DNA from: Octopus bimaculoides
Lineage: Eukaryota
Assembly: GCF_001194135.2 (NCBI RefSeq)
Contig: NC_068985.1
Location: 103,912,823 to 103,954,879 of the forward strand
Direction of reading: 5' to 3'
DNA length: 42,057 nucleotides
This document shows positions 35,375-42,057 of the stretch, in pieces. The notes beneath the pieces are model-generated. The model was not told the DNA's origin. It searched no databases and saw only the letters and a program-made list of their open reading frames with translations. The translations under genes were made by a program, and so were the position numbers. Positions within the stretch are counted from its first letter, which is position 1; each line of letters begins with the position of its first letter.

Positions 35375-35622
35375 ATGGAAGAATAATCTTTCATACATTA
35401 ATGCCGTTAATCATTTTATGTCCTTCATCTTATATAACGAAACTCTCAGGTTTGTTTCCTTTCTGATTGTCACTTCTCCCTCTCTCTGTTACTTGTCTTA
35501 CTGGCAACTCCTTACTATTGACAGTACCCACTCAACAAACTCACGCAGTCACTCGTCCAATGAATCACTCACCTATCCAGCCATGCACTCAAACTGTGGC
35601 TCACCCAAATGCTTTCGCACTT

Positions 35623-35623
<1 letters not shown>

Positions 35624-35680
<57 letters not shown>
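35624..35680. repeat. (CA)n microsatellite
   Basis: Directly visible. Confidence 0.95.
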
Positions 35681-35682
<2 letters not shown>

Positions 35683-36423
35683 CATAACTCTTGAACGCAA
35701 TGACCGACTACAACACCCTCTAAAAATACAGTCCCCCCACCCAACTAATTTCGCTCAAAACCACCTACTTTCTTCACCTCGACTCAATTAGGTCGCTTAA
35801 AGTATCAGAGAAAGGAACTAATCTTATTCAAACCGTACTCTAACTGTGTGAACAATAAGGATACATTACATAATTTCTTCCTCGATACAGTAAGTGTGGA
35901 TAGTCATGACTGGAATGCATTTAAACACAGGTTTTTAAAATAAGGGCTGGTCTGGATTTTAACTGCAGCTTCACCAACTCAAAATTTCTCCTTTACTCAT
36001 CTACACAACTTTTAAATCACACTTTTTTGAGTCACTCACTACACACACAGACACACAAACTATTTAATTACTGAACCGATCATTCATTTCTTACGTCTCT
36101 TGTTAATCTCTTCCACTCATTCACTAACTAAAAATGTTTCATCATCCAAGTTGCAATTCTGCTTGTTTTAACTGACTCCCAACTGATTCGCTCCTTAAAC
36201 CTCTACTCACACTCACTCAGACTTAATCGTTCAGCCATATACTCGCCCCATAAACCTCCAGTTTCATTCAATAAGTCACTCATTAATTTACCATCACCAA
36301 CTCGCTCACCTATCCCACCACTCTCAGATTTCTGTTTTCTCTCTTTTCGTAATTATTTTCAGATGTCACTCAGCATGTTGTATGTAAGTCTGTTTGGAAG
36401 TTCGTCGTCACACACACACACAC

Positions 36424-36492
36424 AGCTACCGCAACAAACTGTTGCTCTCTCGTTTAGAGTGAGAGCGAGAGCAACAGTTTGCTGCGATGGTT
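36424..36492 (-). ncRNA. Candidate pre-miRNA-like hairpin
   Basis: 20-bp stem CGCAGCAAACTGTTGCTCTC / GAGAGCAACAGTTTGTTGCG, fully paired on the minus strand (one G-U), ~17-nt loop, imperfect basal extension. Confidence 0.3.
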
Positions 36493-39400
36493 TTTGAGAG
36501 ACGTGGTCACACACACGCACGCACGCACATAATTCGCGTTGAAATTTCGCTTGAGAACTAAGTCAATTTTGGTCGAAGGCGAAGCTTAAAATTCCAGTCA
36601 ACATAAATTTTATAATAAATTTGGTTCGATTCTCAGCATTGACTTCCCCTATCAATATATGTTCTGTAATTATTAATGCTGTGTGAGCGCCTATCTATCT
36701 ATCATATCCGTTTGTATATATATAACCCTATCGTTTCATGATAGCGGACGGAATTAAATATGTTCATTCATAAGAGCCACAATCCGAACGGCAAAATTGT
36801 CGTACACTGAGCTCATCCATTTCCATTTAAATTGTCTCGGACAACTATGGATACGTTTCCGCCCACCTGACCTCATCAGCATTGTCAGTGAATAGGGTTT
36901 TTTTTTTGCATAATACTTTTGAGCAAGACATGATTTCCATAAATGATTTTAAAATTATGTAAACTCATGCCAATGATTCTTTGAGTTACTTCCCTTAATT
37001 CTATGCTTTTTTTATTATTATTACGCAAATTATTCTTGAACAAAACTAGATGTGCATATGTGAGCATGTATATATATATATATATAGTCAAGTATGCTGA
37101 TCTCTCTCTCTCTCTCTCTTCTTTTTAGTCAATGTGTATATTTCCTACCTTTTATTTCCCTCTCCAAGCCACCTTATACATTACTCACTCGCTCTCGTTC
37201 AACTACCTCCCTCTAACATAATTATCGTTCTCACATCCTCTCCCTTCTCCCTCAATCAACGCTGTCATTTTCGTGTATATATATATATATATAGTNNNNN
37301 NNNNNNNNNNNNNNNNNNNNNNNNNNNNNNNNNNNNNNNNNNNNNNNNNNNNNNNNNNNNNNNNNNNNNNNNNNNNNNNNNNNNNNNNNNNNNNNNNNNN
37401 NNNNNNNNNNNNNNNNNNNNNNNNNNNNNNNNNNNNNNNNNNNNNNNNNNNNNNNNNNNNNNNNNNNNNNNNNNNNNNNNNNNNNNNNNNNNNNNNNNNN
37501 NNNCTGTATCCTCTGAGAGCCCACTTCCATTCATACGGGTGACCTTCACACACTTTCAGACCCTATATTTCGTCTTCGTTCCAAGTCATACAATAAAACG
37601 GTTTGTTTTTTGGCAAAAAAAAAAAGAATATAAAAAAGAAGAAAAAAAAAATTATTCTCAAAAACAAACTTACATGAATGCAACAAAAACAAAAAGAAAC
37701 GAAAAAGTTGTAACGAACTTCTTTTTGCAACAATTAAAATTTGAAGAGACAAATTTAAAACGAAAAATTTTTTAATTATTCATTAATTTTTTTTTTTCAT
37801 CTTAAATGACAACTTGAAAAGAAATAACATTTAACTTGTTGCATGCGTGTTTTTATTTGGGTGGGGGGGTGCATTTATTGTTTATTTATATTTATACCCA
37901 CACACACACAGAGTACATACACGTACACAGACTATGTACGTATGTATCTATAATTTCTGGTTGTTTAGCTAGTTTATGAACTTATTAACCCATTTATATT
38001 TAATATAACTGGCTTTATCTCTCTCTATCTCCCATTCTCTTTCTCATCACACACACACACATGCGTACATATATATTACGTGTATGCATGAATGTCTTTG
38101 TACAGAGGAATATATATATATACACACACACCAGATGCACACACTCAAACACATAGACACATTCATGCATATAGACACATTTTATCCTGTTTTTCTCACT
38201 GTCAGATTTAGTTAAATAATATATAAGCCAGCTGTCTATGTTTTCATTCATAGCTGTTCAGTTTTATTCTGTTGCGGCGATAAATAAATAAATAAAATAA
38301 ATAAACAAAAGCTTCCAAAACAACAAAATAATGTTACCAATAGACAGAAGCATGAAAAATAAACAAAAACAAAATCTAAAAACACATACAGACAGACAGA
38401 CAGACTGACTGAAGGAAATGTAAGAGACGAATTGACAGAGAGAGAAGCTAGTGTAAGAGTTAGTTTTGATTCGTTTTCCACTTTCACAGTATTAGTTTTA
38501 GACTAACCTAAATTTAATTACATTTTACATATGCGTATGTGTGCATTAATGATNNNNNNNNNNNNNNNNNNNNNNNNNNNNNNNNNNNNNNNNNNNNNNN
38601 NNNNNNNNNNNNNNNNNNNNNNNNNNNNNNNNNNNNNNNNNNNNNNNNNNNNNNNNNNNNNNNNNNNNNNNNNNNNNNNNNNNNNNNNNNNNTATATATA
38701 TATATTATATGAATGTAGATATTTAAAACACTTTTAACCATTTGTTGGTGTTCATGTTTCTGCCGGTCGTTTCCGCTTTTTTCTGTGAGCTGCTGTCATT
38801 TCATTTGTATCAGGTTTTTTGACAAGGGGACCCCCATATAATTAAACAAATAAATACGATTATGTTTTTATTCAAACTGCTACCATCACCAGCATTCACT
38901 ATCGCAACCGACGTCATGGGTTACGTATGCGGATGTATATATACATCACCGTTTATCTCACCGTCCCAGACAAAAATGTATGGGACGATGATATAAACGA
39001 GACAGTCTTAAGGTTCTCAATGGCCAGGGCCCGATATTGAAGAGATAAGCCCTCTACCAGGGTGGGGTCCACCTATTTTAAGATGCACCGGACATAAGTT
39101 GTTGTTATTGCTGTTGCTGTTAGGCCCTGCTGAGGCAGACTTGCGCTCCAAACGTTCTGTGACCGTCTTTTTTTAAATCTATAAGGGACTAGATTCTACA
39201 CTGTCTTATGATTTAAAGGACCAACGAACAACCATACAGACACTCCCTCATTAACTTTGTTGTTGTTGTTTAGCCTCAGGTCAGCTCTGGTAGAGCTGAC
39301 ATAATCAAAAGCAATCCAGTCATGATGAACCTGTCTTTTTTCGTGTGAGAAAAGAACCCAAGAACATACATCCTTTGGGGATTTTTTTTAATGGGGTTTG

Positions 39401-39919
39401 TTTTTGTTTTTGACATAATATGAAGAAGATTCGGGGGCACAATCGACGTTTTTGTAACAATTATTTCCTTTGGTGCCTCTCCCGTCATCATAAATGTACA
39501 AAGCAAACCACTGGAAAAAGGGCGGTGGATGACACACAATCGGTGGATTGTTGGACGAGCTGCAGCCTGGAAGTATTACTTGACTTCCATACTCATTCTG
39601 AGTTCAAATCCCAGCACATTTGAATATACTTTCCCTCATTCCCCCTGTCAGTAAAATAAAGTATCAACAAATCAGTAACGTAAGTAGGAACGCTTTTGAG
39701 ATAGGGGCACATTTGAGTCGAATGTATAAGCCTGTATGGGATATATTCTTTGTGGGGGCCTGGAAAGGGCGCAGTAGTAAACATAAGGGCTGCGGTGGCA
39801 CACACTGATACCACACCACTGCCAACTATGCAACCAGAGTCAATATAATCAATTATATCCCAATCCCTTTTCCTTTAGCCAATATTTCTGCAGTTGGAAT
39901 CATTATTATCATTACCAAA

Positions 39920-40140
39920 AGCAGCAAGCTGGTAGAATCATTAAGCACGCCGGACAAAATTCTTAGCGGTATTTCGTCCGTCTCTACGTTCTGAGTTCAA
40001 ATTCCATCGAGGTCAATTTTGCTTTTCATCTTTTCGGGATTGATAAAAAATAAAAAAAATACTAGTTGAGCACAGGGGTCGATGTAGCCAACGAGCTCCC
40101 CACCTCTTCATATTTCAGGCCTTGTTGAGAGCATTATTAC
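39920..40140 (+). mobile_element. SINE family 3 copy
   Basis: Near full-length similarity to 13213-13420. Confidence 0.75.
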
Positions 40141-40978
40141 CAGTATAAACCAACAAGTGTGCACTGCAAAATCGGTAGAACAAAAATACCTCGAAGTATT
40201 TATTCAGACCCTTAACGTTCCTGGTCGATGATAAAAAATAACCCTCTAGGGTCGTCGATGACAAAAATAAAGTAGCATTCAAGTACTGGAGTCGTTTTAA
40301 TCGACGAACCACCCCTTTCTAAATTTCTGGCCTTCTGTCAATATATTAGAAGCAAGTTTACTTGTATACTAAATGACCGCCTGGTTCGCGAGGAATCATT
40401 AATTTTAGGTAGTGATATCATAAGTATAGCTCCGGGTGGAGAAGGTGTCAGCAGTCGTGACATTAATCGGGTGGACCCGTCATTAATTGAAATGAATATC
40501 GAGAGATAAAATACAAAATCCTATATTAAAAGTAGTGTGTGTGTGTGTAAGAGAGAGAGATTGATAGATAGAGAGAGAGAGAGAGAGAAAGAGAGCGAGC
40601 GTAAATTATCTAACACAACATAACAAAGATAACAACATTCTACGTTCAGTGAGTTTTGTGATGCATAATGAACGATTCTGAAATACTTATAAGTATATTA
40701 AAACAGGTGCCGACTAGTCTACACAAACACACACACACACACACACACACAAGGTGCTAATTAGAAAGTGTGTGAAGGTTATATGTCGTTAAGATTATAA
40801 TACACGAAGGAAACCGAACCTCGAATCGAGTTGACTGTTCATGCCAGTCAATAAGGACTCTAAACAAGCGATGCTTTATTTGTTTAGGTTATCAATTTAA
40901 CACCCACAGTGAGTAATTCAAACTCTTCTCCGGATCTCTGTTCAATGAATGGAACTATTTTGCTTTAGTTGTTCTCGT

Positions 40979-41164
40979 GGTGACCTGTAATAAAGTCAGT
41001 TTCGGCTAGGAGAAAAAGCCACAATTAATTTATGGTGACCGGTAATAAAGTCACAGGAAAAAAAAAAGTCCCAATAAATTTATGGGATCCAGACAAAACT
41101 CCCCTCGGACAACCCACCCGCCCCCGGACAAAACCCCTGCGACTTTTTTTTTTTTTTTACCTGG
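40979..41164. repeat. Foldback/MITE-like remnant with short direct and inverted units
   Basis: GGTGACC(T/G)GTAATAAAGTCA twice, GGAAAAAAAAAAGTC vs GACTTTTTTTT inverted, repeated (C)GGACAA units. Confidence 0.45.
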
Positions 41165-41973
41165 ATTCGTTCTCATTATCCAAGACTTGAAGACAATCGT
41201 GAGTAAATTGTAAAGGGTTAATTTAGTCAAATAAATGTGGCATTGGGCTATAGCGATGCAATACGATAAATCTGATCCGTTATTATGGTTGTTGTAAATA
41301 AATATGTAATGTTAAACATACAATTTTACAGTTTAATCATGTCACAACTGCTGAATACGGTGACCTTTCAGTACAAAACGCACGATATAGCTTGAGTTTG
41401 TTATGAATAAAGGATACATTGTGCAGAGAAGGGTCTTAAAACGAAGCAGTATGAGAGGTGGGGGGGGGATGAAACTGTTAGACAGAAAGAGATGCAAATC
41501 AAAAGAGATAGATAGATAGATTAGACAGGCAGACAGGAAGCATTAGTAAAACGGCAAAGGAAACTGCCTAACACAGGATCATTAAAGCGAATCAACATGT
41601 TCGGGTTTTTAAAGCTAAGAGAAACACTGCTCTGTAGAGTTGGTTTTCTTTTCGTCAATGGGTTTCCATACATTACACTGACCTCAACGAGATGACCTGT
41701 GTCATAGATCCTTTCTGAGAAGGGGTTAGACAATATGGGTTCTGTGTGAGTGTTTGTTTGGCTCCTCTCTTTCGATCCCCTCCCTCACTCATTCACTCTG
41801 TCTCCAGAAATACATGCACGAACATTGATTCGAATAAATAGAAGCCAAGTATTAGAATCGAACTTGACCGTCTTCCAGTTGATTTCCCCTGCATCCACTT
41901 GTTCCAGACACACACACACCGGATTATCCATTCTGCCGGACCACGTAATAATAATAATAGTAAACTACTATTG

Positions 41974-42057
41974 TGGAGGCGCGTGGCTTAGTGTTTAGGG
42001 AGTGTTGGACTCATGATCGTACGATTGTGGTTTCGATTCTTAGACCGGACGACGCGT
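41974..42057 (+). mobile_element. tRNA-derived SINE head, truncated by window end
   Basis: GGAGGCGCGTGGCTTAGTGTTTAGGG...GTTTCGATTC, similar to the 2453 head. Confidence 0.7.

Noticed and set aside
38955-39010. 7-bp hairpin and a 45-nt phase 1-1 exon candidate
   Set aside because: Weak acceptor and short stem, both consistent with chance.
40395-40500. Cluster of TAAT/ATTA homeodomain-like motifs
   Set aside because: Expected at high frequency in AT-rich DNA; no conservation data.
1-42057. CRISPR arrays, operons, rRNA or other prokaryotic systems
   Set aside because: None seen; the window is intron-rich animal DNA with no repeat-spacer structure.

Overview
AT-rich, microsatellite- and SINE-dense animal genomic DNA with seven N gaps. 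The SINE repertoire points to a coleoid cephalopod, most likely Octopus (inference). The main content is a minus-strand ETS transcription-factor gene that the ORF track shows only in pieces. By manual splice-site reading I joined 10 coding exons (27711-27391, 25450-25364, 23881-23837, 23093-23040, 20693-20655, 18850-18797, 17801-17748, 17026-16853, 10781-10722, 9884-9232) into one stop-free frame of 490 aa counted from the ATG at 27643. All nine introns are GT-AG and phase 1. The eight exons between the first and last are symmetric, so each can be skipped singly without losing frame or the ETS domain. The protein looks like a strongly diverged, apparently PNT-less ERG/FLI/FEV-type paralog. Its 5' end is unresolved. 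Mobile and structural elements include a gag-only Ty3/Gypsy LTR remnant, a Pogo transposase remnant, a piggyBac-type MITE, a Merlin-like MITE with a head-to-head telomere-like core, a head-to-head palindromic tRNA-like element and a pre-miRNA-sized hairpin. All analysis was by eye; no database searches were run.
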